From contig JAISRC010000162.1 in assembly GCA_031273845.1 (NCBI GenBank), positions 30,765 through 94,764 of the forward strand: a stretch of DNA of 64,000 nt. Reading direction: 5' to 3'. The translations under genes were made by a program, and so were the position numbers. Numbering within the stretch: the stretch's first letter is position 1; every line of letters starts with the position of its first letter. Source of the stretch: Desulfovibrio sp. Lineage in GTDB: Bacteria > Desulfobacterota > Desulfovibrionia > Desulfovibrionales > Desulfovibrionaceae. Of the stretch, positions 56,555 to 64,000 are shown piece by piece. Under the pieces are notes generated by a model. That model saw nothing but the letters and a program-made list of their open reading frames with translations, searched no databases and was not told the DNA's origin.

Positions 56555-58054
56555 ATGCGTATTCTCGTGGTTGACGACAACAGGGACAGCCTGCAAAGCC
56601 TTTGCCTGGTTCTCAAGGACCTCGGGCATGAACCGCGCGGCGTGGAGAGTCCTGTTGATGCCCTCGCCGCCGCGCGCAAAGAATTTTTTCCTCTGATCAT
56701 AACGGATATCCGCATGCCGGGCATGGACGGTCTGGAGCTTTTATCCCGTTTCAAGGCCGACCCGCACTGTGCCCGGTGCGATGTCGTGCTTATTACCGGC
56801 CACGGCGATATGTCCACGGCGGTCGATGCCCTGCGCAAGGGGGCCTACGACTACCTGAACAAGCCGATCAATGCGCGCGAACTTGCGGCCGTGGTTGACC
56901 GTTCCGCCGAACATCAGTCTCTGGTCATTGAAAACAGGGAACTGCACGAACATTTGGAAGAGTGCGTTTCCGAGGCCACGGCCGTTGTGCGCCGGGATTT
57001 GGAAACCGCCCGCAGGGTGCTGCGCGAGGTGGCGGGCATCGGTACCGTGATCGCCGAGTCCCAGGCCATGACCGAGCTTCTGCACGAAGCGCTGATCCTG
57101 CATTCCGAGCCTGCCGTTTCCGTGCTTATCGAGGGTGAAACCGGCACGGGGAAAGAAGTGCTCGCCCGCTACATACATAACGGCGACGGCGTAAACGACG
57201 CGCCCTTTATGGCCATCAACTGCGCCGCCATTCCCCACGAACTGTTTGAAAGCGAACTCTTCGGGCATGAGGCCGGGGCCTTTACCGGCAGCCGGGCGGA
57301 AGGCGCTCCCGGCAAACTGGAACAGGCGGGCAGGGGGACCCTCTTCCTCGACGAAGTGGCTGAAATGCCGCTGAATCTCCAACCCAAGCTTTTGCGGGTG
57401 CTGGAAGAACGCAGTTTCTACCGCGTGGGCGGCGTGAAAAAAAGGAGTTTTGCCGCGCGGGTGGTCTGCGCCGGCAACCGCGATATGTCGGATATGGTAC
57501 AGCAGGGGACGTTTCGGCGCGACCTCTATCACCGCCTGCGCGTCGGGCATTTGCGTATCCCCCCCCTGCGCGAGCGGCCGGAAGATATCCGCGCCCTTGC
57601 CGGATATTTTTTGTTGCGCGAATCGCGCAAAAGAAAAAAACATTTCAAGGGGACGGCCGCGGAAGCTCTTGAGACCCTTTTGCATTACCCATGGCCCGGC
57701 AATGTGCGGGAGTTGGAAAACACCTTGGAACGCGCCGTTCTCATGCACGATGGAGAACTGCTGACGCCCGCCCATATCGGATTTCTGTACCGGAGCGAGG
57801 GGACGGATGCCGCGGCCCCGGCGGATGCTCTCTCCGCGCCGGACCGGACGGCGGGAGCGGGGACGCTGCTGGATCTGCGCGGGAGCCTGAGTGTTGCGTT
57901 GCCGGATGAGCCGGTCAAGCTGGATGATTTTGTGGACGCGGTCATGCGCTCCGCCCTGGAGCGCTTCGCAGGCAATAAAAGCAAGGCTGCGGACTATCTG
58001 GGCATCTCGCGCTTTGCCCTGCACCGGAGAATGCAGGACAAGGAGAAGGAATAA
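56555..58054 (+). CDS. sigma54-dependent response regulator (NtrC family; REC-AAA+-Fis HTH)
   Basis: ITDIRMPGMDG, GETGTGKE, ELFGHEAGAFTG (GAFTG), LFLDEV, WPGNVREL and GNKSKAADYLGISR. Confidence 0.95.
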   Translation: MRILVVDDNRDSLQSLCLVLKDLGHEPRGVESPVDALAAARKEFFPLIITDIRMPGMDGLELLSRFKADPHCARCDVVLITGHGDMSTAVDALRKGAYDYLNKPINARELAAVVDRSAEHQSLVIENRELHEHLEECVSEATAVVRRDLETARRVLREVAGIGTVIAESQAMTELLHEALILHSEPAVSVLIEGETGTGKEVLARYIHNGDGVNDAPFMAINCAAIPHELFESELFGHEAGAFTGSRAEGAPGKLEQAGRGTLFLDEVAEMPLNLQPKLLRVLEERSFYRVGGVKKRSFAARVVCAGNRDMSDMVQQGTFRRDLYHRLRVGHLRIPPLRERPEDIRALAGYFLLRESRKRKKHFKGTAAEALETLLHYPWPGNVRELENTLERAVLMHDGELLTPAHIGFLYRSEGTDAAAPADALSAPDRTAGAGTLLDLRGSLSVALPDEPVKLDDFVDAVMRSALERFAGNKSKAADYLGISRFALHRRMQDKEKE

Positions 58055-58088
58055 TTCCTGTTCCAAAGCAAACATACCTTGATTCCAT

Positions 58089-58160
58089 ATAAGGCAATTT
58101 GATTTTGAGACGCCTCCTCTTTGAAGTGCTCAAAACGGCCGGTAAAAGCGCCTTGTGCAA
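58089..58160 (+). mobile_element. Partial family-A repeat
   Basis: taaggcaatttgattttgagacgcctcct, after which it diverges. Confidence 0.7.
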
Positions 58161-58172
58161 GCGGAGTTCGGG

Positions 58173-58216
58173 ATATGTGCAAACTCTGCCGATTATTTTG
58201 CACATATGTGCAAAAT
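58173..58216. promoter_or_regulatory. Candidate enhancer (UAS) for a sigma54 activator
   Basis: Perfect 22-bp palindrome ATTTTGCACAT-ATGTGCAAAAT (58195-58216) plus an extra half-site ATATGTGCAAA (58173-58183). Confidence 0.6.
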
Positions 58217-58275
58217 ATGGCATATCAGAACAGCCTCTGTGATATATCAGACTGTCTTTACATTATTTTTACGTC

Positions 58276-58291
58276 AGGCATGATATATGCA
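58276..58291 (+). promoter_or_regulatory. sigma54 (-24/-12) promoter
   Basis: AGGCATGATATATGCA has GG at 58277-78 and GC at 58289-90 (N10), about 60 bp downstream of the palindrome. Confidence 0.65.
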
Positions 58292-58301
58292 TATTTTCTG
58301 T

Positions 58302-58500
58302 CGAAATTGAAGTGTGACGATATTGCTCCTCCTCTCAATAGATCGTTGCACAACCCGGTCGGGTGTTTACTCTCCGCCCGACCGGGGGAGCCGGCGGCGC
58401 TTCACTTGCAAGCCGCGCTGTACTCGGCTGAAAAGAAACAAAGGACCCGTTTTCAGGGATGGGAAGGCGGCAGTCAAATTGCCGCCTTCTTCTCGTTTTT
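58302..58500 (+). ncRNA. Candidate sigma54-dependent small RNA (~200 nt)
   Basis: Lies between a sigma54 promoter and a terminator hairpin. It has internal stems (58354-63/58377-86, 58428-34/58450-56), a CU-rich CTCCTCCT motif, and no credible ORF. Confidence 0.5.
58463..58500 (+). terminator. Intrinsic terminator-like hairpin
   Basis: GAAGGCGGCA-N7-TGCCGCCTTC followed by TTCTCGTTTTT. Confidence 0.7.
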
Positions 58501-58527
58501 GGAATGGTCGTCCGGCGCATTTTCTGC

Positions 58528-58555
58528 TTGACATGCCCGCCGGTTGTGCTATTTT
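58528..58555 (+). promoter_or_regulatory. sigma70 promoter of the trp operon
   Basis: TTGACA (58528-33), 16 bp, then TG-c-TATTTT (extended -10). Confidence 0.7.
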
Positions 58556-58593
58556 GTGAGCCCCCAACGGGAAATATTTGCATAGGAAAGACC

Positions 58594-58713
58594 ATGAGCA
58601 CCTTTTCGCACAACACGCACATTTACAGCACAGCCTTTGTCCGGCGCGGATCTCTGCGCTTCGGTTCCTGGTGGCGCGGCATTGTCCGCGGTCTGCCGGA
58701 GGCTGTGCGCTGA
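58594..58713 (+). CDS. trpL: trp operon leader peptide (39 aa)
   Basis: MSTFSHNTHIYSTAFVRRGSLRFGSWWRGIVRGLPEAVR, with tandem TGG TGG at 58669-58674 and RBS AGGAAAG. Confidence 0.75.
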   Translation: MSTFSHNTHIYSTAFVRRGSLRFGSWWRGIVRGLPEAVR

Positions 58714-58740
58714 CGCGCATTAATACATGAACCTTTCCGG

Positions 58741-58770
58741 GCCGCGGGCATATTGTCCGCGGCTTTTTTT
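58741..58770 (+). terminator. trp attenuator terminator
   Basis: GCCGCGG-N9-CCGCGGC followed by T7. Confidence 0.85.
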
Positions 58771-58821
58771 ACGGCATTTCACGCCTGAGACAGTTGCTTA
58801 CAGCCCATAAAGGAAGTTGTG

Positions 58822-60300
58822 ATGAGCATTACCCTGCAACAGAATGTTTCTTTTCTGCAAAGCGATGTGGAAACGCCGATCAGCCTGTTTCTTCGTCTGG
58901 CGGGCGAGGGGCAGGGCATTCTGCTGGAAAGCGCGGAAGTCGGCGGACGTTGGGGGCGGTACAGCATCATAGCCGCCGATTTTATCCTCTGTCTGCTTTG
59001 CCGCGCCGGCAAGCTGGACCTTTCCGTAACGGACGGCCGCCTGGAATCCCTGCGCATCCTGCACGGGTTGCCGTTCCTGGACGGATTGCGGGCGCTTATG
59101 CATGAACTGCGCATAATTCCCGCGCGCGCCGTACCAGGACCGGTCGGCGGGGGGACGGATGCGGACTTTTTTCCCTCCATTACCCGCGCGCTCTATGGAT
59201 ACCTGGGCTACGGCTGCGCCGGACTCCTGGAACCGAAACTGGCTCCTCTCCTGCCGCCGGAGGAAGCCGAAGCCTGTCTGGCACTGCCCGGAACGCTGAT
59301 TCTTTTTGATCACGCTTACAACAGGGTTTGCCGCCTTTCCCTCAATCAGGACAGGGCGGGGGACGCGGAGGATGCGCTTCTGTCTTCCCGTTGCGGCACG
59401 CGGGGAGATTTTGCTCTGCATCCGGCCGGTATCGGGCAGATCGAGGCAAGCGCCGACAAGAATACCTATCTGGGCGCCGTCAGGCGCCTCAAGGAACAGA
59501 TACGTCTGGGAGAAGCCATACAGGTAGTGCCGTCCGTCGGCTTCAGCGCCGGCTTCAGCGGCGATCCCTTTACCGTCTACCGGCGTCTGCGCCGCATCAA
59601 CCCTTCCCCGTATATGTTTTTTATGCGTCTGCCGGGCATCATTCTGATGGGTTCCTCGCCGGAGGTCATGGTCAGTTGCGCGGGGGACAAACTGCACCTT
59701 TGCCCCATAGCCGGGACAAGGCCGCGCGGGGACGGGCCGGTCGAGGACAATCTGTTTGAGGAAGAACTGGCCGGAGACCCCAAGGAACAAGCCGAGCACG
59801 TGATGCTGGTCGATCTGGGCCGCAACGACCTCGGGCGCATATCCATGCCCGGCAGCGTGGTGCTGGATCGCTACATGGAGGTGGAGCGCTTTTCCCACGT
59901 CATGCATCTGACCTCGCACGTCAGTTCCCTGCTCACGCCGGGACTGGACGCGATCGACGTGCTGCGGGCGGTTTTTCCGGCAGGCACGGTGAGCGGCGCG
60001 CCCAAGATCCGGGCCATGGAACTGCTGGCCGAAGAAGAAAAACGCCCGCGCGGTCCCTATGCCGGGGCAGTCGGCTGGATCGGGCTGGGCGGGGAGGGCG
60101 TGCATATGGACACGGGCATAACCATACGCAGTCTCTGGATACGCGGCGGACGCGCCTTCTGGCAGGCCGGGGGAGGAGTGGTCTACGATTCCTCGCCCGA
60201 AGCGGAATGGAAGGAGATCGTCAACAAGGCGGCCGTGGTCAAGGCCGCGCTTTCAGGTGCCGAGGCCCGCACGGGAGGCAGCAATGTTTCTGCTCATTGA
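58822..60300 (+). CDS. trpE: Anthranilate synthase component I
   Basis: LLESAE, NPSPYM, PIAGTRPRG, EHVMLVDLGRND, FPAGTVSGAPK and QAGGGVV. Confidence 0.95.
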   Translation: MSITLQQNVSFLQSDVETPISLFLRLAGEGQGILLESAEVGGRWGRYSIIAADFILCLLCRAGKLDLSVTDGRLESLRILHGLPFLDGLRALMHELRIIPARAVPGPVGGGTDADFFPSITRALYGYLGYGCAGLLEPKLAPLLPPEEAEACLALPGTLILFDHAYNRVCRLSLNQDRAGDAEDALLSSRCGTRGDFALHPAGIGQIEASADKNTYLGAVRRLKEQIRLGEAIQVVPSVGFSAGFSGDPFTVYRRLRRINPSPYMFFMRLPGIILMGSSPEVMVSCAGDKLHLCPIAGTRPRGDGPVEDNLFEEELAGDPKEQAEHVMLVDLGRNDLGRISMPGSVVLDRYMEVERFSHVMHLTSHVSSLLTPGLDAIDVLRAVFPAGTVSGAPKIRAMELLAEEEKRPRGPYAGAVGWIGLGGEGVHMDTGITIRSLWIRGGRAFWQAGGGVVYDSSPEAEWKEIVNKAAVVKAALSGAEARTGGSNVSAH

Positions 60301-61999
60301 TAATTATGATTCTTTTACCTTCAATCTGGCCCAGGCGTTTTATTCTTTGGGCGCGCAACCGCGCGTGTTGCGCAACGACGACCCGGCTCTGACGGAGCTT
60401 GCCGAAAATTCTGAACTCACGGCCGTGTGCATATCTCCCGGCCCCGGCCATCCGGACAGGGCCGGCCTTTGCCCGGATTTTCTGCGCCGTCTGCCGCACC
60501 GTGTACCTGTGCTCGGCGTCTGCCTGGGGCACCAGATTCTTGCCCGCCATGCCGGGGTTCCCGTTGTTGTCGCTCCGCGTATCATGCACGGCAAGGTTTC
60601 CGAGATCCGGCACGACGGATCGTCCCTGTTCCGGGGGCTGCCCGACCCGATGCGCGTCGGGCGTTATCACTCTCTGGTCGTCGAGGCCGACGACGGCAAT
60701 CCGGTCTTCAAAATTACGGCCAGGGCGGAGCAGGGGGAGATCATGGCTCTGGAATTTACGGACCGGCCCTGGGCGGGGGTGCAGTTCCATCCCGAATCGG
60801 TCCTGACCCCGGACGGCCCGCGCCTGCTCGGCAATTTTCTCGACCTCGCCGCTTCCGGCGCTTCCGCGCCGGAGGAAATCCATACAGCCGCACGGGGCGC
60901 TGACCCTGACGGACAGGAACGGGACGGCGATGCCCGGACCCCTTATCCCCTGTCCTTGATCATGGACAAGGTGGCAAGACGGGAGAACCTGCCCTCGTCC
61001 ATGGCCCGCGCCGCCTTTGCCCGGCTCATGGACGGAGAGATGACGCCCGCCCAGGCGGGGGCCTTTCTTATCGGCCTGCGCGCCAAGGGTGAGACCCCGG
61101 AGGAAATGGGTGAGGCGGTGGATGCCGTTCTGGCAAGGGCCGTATCCGTCGACTTTCCGGATGACGTGCAGATACTTGACGTGGTGGGCACCGGGGGCGA
61201 CGGCCGCTTCTCCTTTAACTGCTCCAGCGGCACGGCTCTGATACTGGCCGCCCTCGGACACAAAATCGTCAAGCACGGCAACCGCTCGGTGTCCTCGCGC
61301 TGCGGGAGCGCGGACGTTCTGGAAGGCCTGGGCTTCGATCTGAATCCGGAGCCGGGAGAAATGCAAAAGCATCTGGCCGAGGACGGTTTCGTCTTTCTTT
61401 TCGCCCCGCGCTTCCATCCGGCTTTCAGGCATATTATGCCTATCCGCCGGGAACTCGGTGTGCGTACCCTGTTCAACATCATGGGGCCGCTGGTGAACCC
61501 GGCAAGGCCGCGTCGCTGCTTCCTGGGCGTTGCGGACCGGGGACTTCTGCCCCTTGTGGCCCATACTCTGGCCCGCATGGAAGGACGCCGCGGCGCGGTC
61601 GTCCACGGCGCCGGCGGCTATGACGAGCTGACAACCTTGGGACCGGCCGACGTGGCTTACGTCGCCGACGGCGAGGTGCACTTTTCCGTGCTGGACCCCG
61701 CGGCATACGGGTTCGGTCCCGATGAGCCGGATCAACTCGCCGTAAACGGCCCCGAGGAAGGAACGGCCGTTCTCAGGGAACTCCTGGACGGGCGCGGGCC
61801 GGAAGCGATGCGCAAAATGCTGGCCCTGAATACAGGATTCGCCCTGTATCTGCTCAGTCCGGAGCGCCCGCTCGATGAGTGCATGGAAGAAGCTAAGAAA
61901 GCCGTCGCCGAGGGCGAAGGCGGCCGCTATCTGCGCAGGCTGAAGGCGGGCGGGCGTCTGCGGGATTTTGTCTTCAACCCCCCGGAAAGGGCCGCCTGA
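60284..61999 (+). CDS. trpGD: Fused anthranilate synthase component II / anthranilate phosphoribosyltransferase
   Basis: N-terminal LLIDNYDSFT, ISPGPG, GVCLGHQ and GVQFHPES; C-terminal GTGGD, KHGNRSVSS and LFNIMGPLVNP. Confidence 0.95.
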   Translation: MFLLIDNYDSFTFNLAQAFYSLGAQPRVLRNDDPALTELAENSELTAVCISPGPGHPDRAGLCPDFLRRLPHRVPVLGVCLGHQILARHAGVPVVVAPRIMHGKVSEIRHDGSSLFRGLPDPMRVGRYHSLVVEADDGNPVFKITARAEQGEIMALEFTDRPWAGVQFHPESVLTPDGPRLLGNFLDLAASGASAPEEIHTAARGADPDGQERDGDARTPYPLSLIMDKVARRENLPSSMARAAFARLMDGEMTPAQAGAFLIGLRAKGETPEEMGEAVDAVLARAVSVDFPDDVQILDVVGTGGDGRFSFNCSSGTALILAALGHKIVKHGNRSVSSRCGSADVLEGLGFDLNPEPGEMQKHLAEDGFVFLFAPRFHPAFRHIMPIRRELGVRTLFNIMGPLVNPARPRRCFLGVADRGLLPLVAHTLARMEGRRGAVVHGAGGYDELTTLGPADVAYVADGEVHFSVLDPAAYGFGPDEPDQLAVNGPEEGTAVLRELLDGRGPEAMRKMLALNTGFALYLLSPERPLDECMEEAKKAVAEGEGGRYLRRLKAGGRLRDFVFNPPERAA

Positions 62000-62080
62000 G
62001 CATTTTCAACTTTGAAATGTTCTAAATAAATAAAGAAAGAAACAAATAAAGAAAGAAATCGGTATTTCCTTAAATTGCCT
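61997..62080. repeat. Repeat scar inside the trp operon
   Basis: Family-A palindrome gagcattttcaactttgaaatgttcta overlapping the trpGD TGA, a 15-bp direct repeat aaataaagaaagaaa x2 (62028, 62044), and a family-B-like right end tcggtatttccttaa. Confidence 0.65.
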
Positions 62081-62092
62081 GTAGGAGAAGAT

Positions 62093-62893
62093 ATGCTGGA
62101 ACGCATTGTGCGGGCGCAGGCGGCAAGGGTAGAGGCCCTGTGCGCCCTGAAGGGGTCGAGTCTGTTCCCGCCCGCATGGGCCGGAGAACGGCAATCTTTT
62201 GCTGCCGCGCTGAAAAAGCGCCGGCCCGGCGCGGTGATTGCGGAATATAAACGCGCCTCTCCCTCGGCCGGCGAGATCAATATGCGTTTGCGTCCCGAGG
62301 ATGCGGCCGCGATCTTCGCCGCCGCGGGCGCGGCCGCCCTGTCCGTGCTGACGGAGGAGGAGCATTTCCGGGGTAGCCCGGAATACCTGGGGCGCATGAG
62401 CGGAGCGGGTTTACCCGTGCTGCGCAAGGATTTTCTAGTGCATCCCCTGCAGGTGGAGGAAACGGCGGCTACCCCCGCCTCGGCCTTGCTGCTCATCGCC
62501 CGCGCTCTCCCGGACGATATTCTGATGGAGATGCTTGAAGCCGCCGGCACAGCCGGTCTTGAGTGCGTGGTGGAAATTTTCGATGCCGCCGATTTGTCGC
62601 GCGCCCGCCGTAGCCTGGAGAAAAGCCGCGCACGCCCGGTCATTATCCAGGTGAATACCAGGGATCTGCGGAGCATGCGCGTGGACGCCGCAGTGTCCGA
62701 AGAACTGATTACGCAACGCCGGGAAGATGAATTGTGGATTTCCGCCAGCGGGGTCGCGCGCCGGGCGGATGTGGAAAAACGCGCGGTACAGGGTTTTGAC
62801 GCCGTTCTTGTCGGCGCGGCCCTGATGTCCGCGCCGGACCCGGGAGCCGCCCTGGCCGGGCTGCTGTCGCGCCCGGACGCGCTTTTGCCGTGA
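62093..62893 (+). CDS. trpC: Indole-3-glycerol phosphate synthase
   Basis: VIAEYKRASPSAG, LSVLTE, PVLRKDF and NTRDL. Start at ATG 62093. Confidence 0.94.
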   Translation: MLERIVRAQAARVEALCALKGSSLFPPAWAGERQSFAAALKKRRPGAVIAEYKRASPSAGEINMRLRPEDAAAIFAAAGAAALSVLTEEEHFRGSPEYLGRMSGAGLPVLRKDFLVHPLQVEETAATPASALLLIARALPDDILMEMLEAAGTAGLECVVEIFDAADLSRARRSLEKSRARPVIIQVNTRDLRSMRVDAAVSEELITQRREDELWISASGVARRADVEKRAVQGFDAVLVGAALMSAPDPGAALAGLLSRPDALLP

Positions 62894-62909
62894 AAATCGC
62901 GAATTTCAG

Positions 62910-63650
62910 ATGCTGAAACATTCTTTGCCCGACATTCCCGGAAAAGGAAAAGAAGACATACGCAGGGATTGTCTTACCGGCAGTCTGCCCGCCAAGGTCT
63001 GCGGCCTGACCCGCGCCTCCGATGTGCGCTTGTGTCTGGAACTTGATTTTCGTTGCATCGGCTTTATTTTCGCACCCGGCAGCCCGCGCCGGATCAGCCC
63101 GGAACAGGCGGCAGCCATGCCCGCCGGCAAAGCGGCGCGGGTCGGCGTCTTTGCCGGCCTGCCCGCCGGGGAAGTACGGCGGATCATGGAAACGGCCCGG
63201 CTGGACCTGGCGCAGTTGCACGGGGATGAGGACGAGGCGTTTTGCCGGGCTGTCGGGCCGGAGCGCGTGATCAAGGTGCTCTGGCCGCAAAGGTTCGCGG
63301 CGGCGCACACGGAGGAAAGCGGGCCGGTAAACCTCCTGTATGAGGAATGCCTGCGCTTTGCCCCGGTATGCGCCTTTTTTCTGCTGGACGCCGGGTTGTC
63401 CGGCGGAGGCGGAGGGGTGACCATGTCCCCGGAGTCTCTGCGCTCCTTCAGTCCTCCGCGCCCCTGGATACTGGCGGGGGGACTTGCCCCGGACAACCTG
63501 GAACACGCCTTTGCCGTCTGCTCCCCCTGGGTGGCGGATTTGAATTCCGGGCTTGAGGAAGCCCCCGGCCTGAAGGATGAAACCAGGATCAGGGCTGCGG
63601 CGGCCGCATTGCGCGGCATATCCATAACGGCCGGCCTGCCCTCCCTGTAA
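62910..63650 (+). CDS. trpF: Phosphoribosylanthranilate isomerase
   Basis: KVCGLT, GFIF...SPR, QLHGDE, LLDA and LAGGL...DLNSGLE. Confidence 0.92.
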   Translation: MLKHSLPDIPGKGKEDIRRDCLTGSLPAKVCGLTRASDVRLCLELDFRCIGFIFAPGSPRRISPEQAAAMPAGKAARVGVFAGLPAGEVRRIMETARLDLAQLHGDEDEAFCRAVGPERVIKVLWPQRFAAAHTEESGPVNLLYEECLRFAPVCAFFLLDAGLSGGGGGVTMSPESLRSFSPPRPWILAGGLAPDNLEHAFAVCSPWVADLNSGLEEAPGLKDETRIRAAAAALRGISITAGLPSL

Positions 63651-63682
63651 GGAAGGGCAGGCCGGCAATGTGCTCCCGGCAA

Positions 63683-63750
63683 TGCCGGGAATCAGATGAA
63701 AACCTCCCTGAAGGGAGAGCTTTCAGACCATAAAGGAAATTCTGATGAAA
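63683..63750 (+). repeat. 68-bp dispersed repeat (family D), copy 2, containing the trpB RBS and ATG
   Basis: Homologous to the reverse complement of 23619-23686 and ends in AAAGGAAATTCTG-ATG-AAA. Confidence 0.8.
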
Positions 63751-64000
63751 AAAGGATATTTCGGTGAATTTGGGGGGTGCTTTGTGCCCGAACTGCTCAT
63801 GCCGCCCCTGCTGGAACTGGAGGAAGCCTGTGAAAGCATCCTGCCGTCCGAGGACTTCCGTAGGGAGCTTGACGACCTGCTGCACGGTTACGCGGGGCGG
63901 GAAACGCCGCTGACCCTGTGTCCGACGCTTTCCCGCGAACTCGGCTTCAATCTGTATCTGAAAAGGGAGGACCTGCTGCATACCGGGGCGCACAAGATGA
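63745..64000 (+). CDS. trpB: Tryptophan synthase beta chain (5' part)
   Basis: Translated by hand: [20 protein letters not shown]...YAGRETPL...[16 protein letters not shown] (PLP-binding lysine motif). Confidence 0.96.
   Translation, partial: MKKGYFGEFGGCFVPELLMPPLLELEEACESILPSEDFRRELDDLLHGYAGRETPLTLCPTLSRELGFNLYLKREDLLHTGAHKM

Noticed and set aside
58314-58722. ORFs 58314..58559, 58335..58622, 58367..58720 and the long form 58459..58713
   Set aside because: They run through a terminator hairpin and the trp promoter. Only the 58594..58713 portion (leader peptide) has an RBS and a rationale.
1-64000. tRNA/rRNA genes, integrase, transposase, prophage genes
   Set aside because: No cloverleaf or rRNA signatures and no DDE/tyrosine recombinase motifs were recognised by eye. 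tRNAscan-SE and ISEScan would be needed to exclude them formally.

Overview
GC-rich bacterial chromosome segment. Gene content and order point to a Desulfovibrionaceae-like organism (inference). In order it holds: the 5' part of fabD (missed by the ORF track); a sigma54-driven protein with a VgrG3-like peptidoglycan-hydrolase C-terminus; rubrerythrin and a GT4 glycosyltransferase; a ~17 kb same-strand cluster (TagQ-like lipoprotein, trypsin-like protease, SrfA, SrfB, SrfC, Sel1-repeat protein, kinase-less PpkA-type vWA protein, TagT/TagS-like ABC pair, TagR-like FGE protein, methyltransferase) with no T6SS core genes in view; mltB; a GAF-GAF hybrid kinase; amiC-bamA-lolD-lolE; an M16C peptidase; fliK-flgD-flgE; a low-GC AlbA_2/Schlafen-type gene broken by one in-frame TAA; a TPR protein; purN-gltX-lipoprotein-HDAC-hydantoinase-AMIN-TPR; a decayed hicA with intact hicB; hypAB; an Smr protein; an NtrC-family regulator followed by a candidate sigma54-dependent sRNA; and an attenuator-controlled trp operon (trpL-trpE-trpGD-trpC-trpF-trpB partial). 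Intergenic DNA is densely filled with at least four families of short palindromic or MITE-like repeats. No rRNA, tRNA, CRISPR array or transposase was recognised. Best leads: the Srf/Tag module, the regulator-sRNA pair, and the possibly flagellar muramidase.
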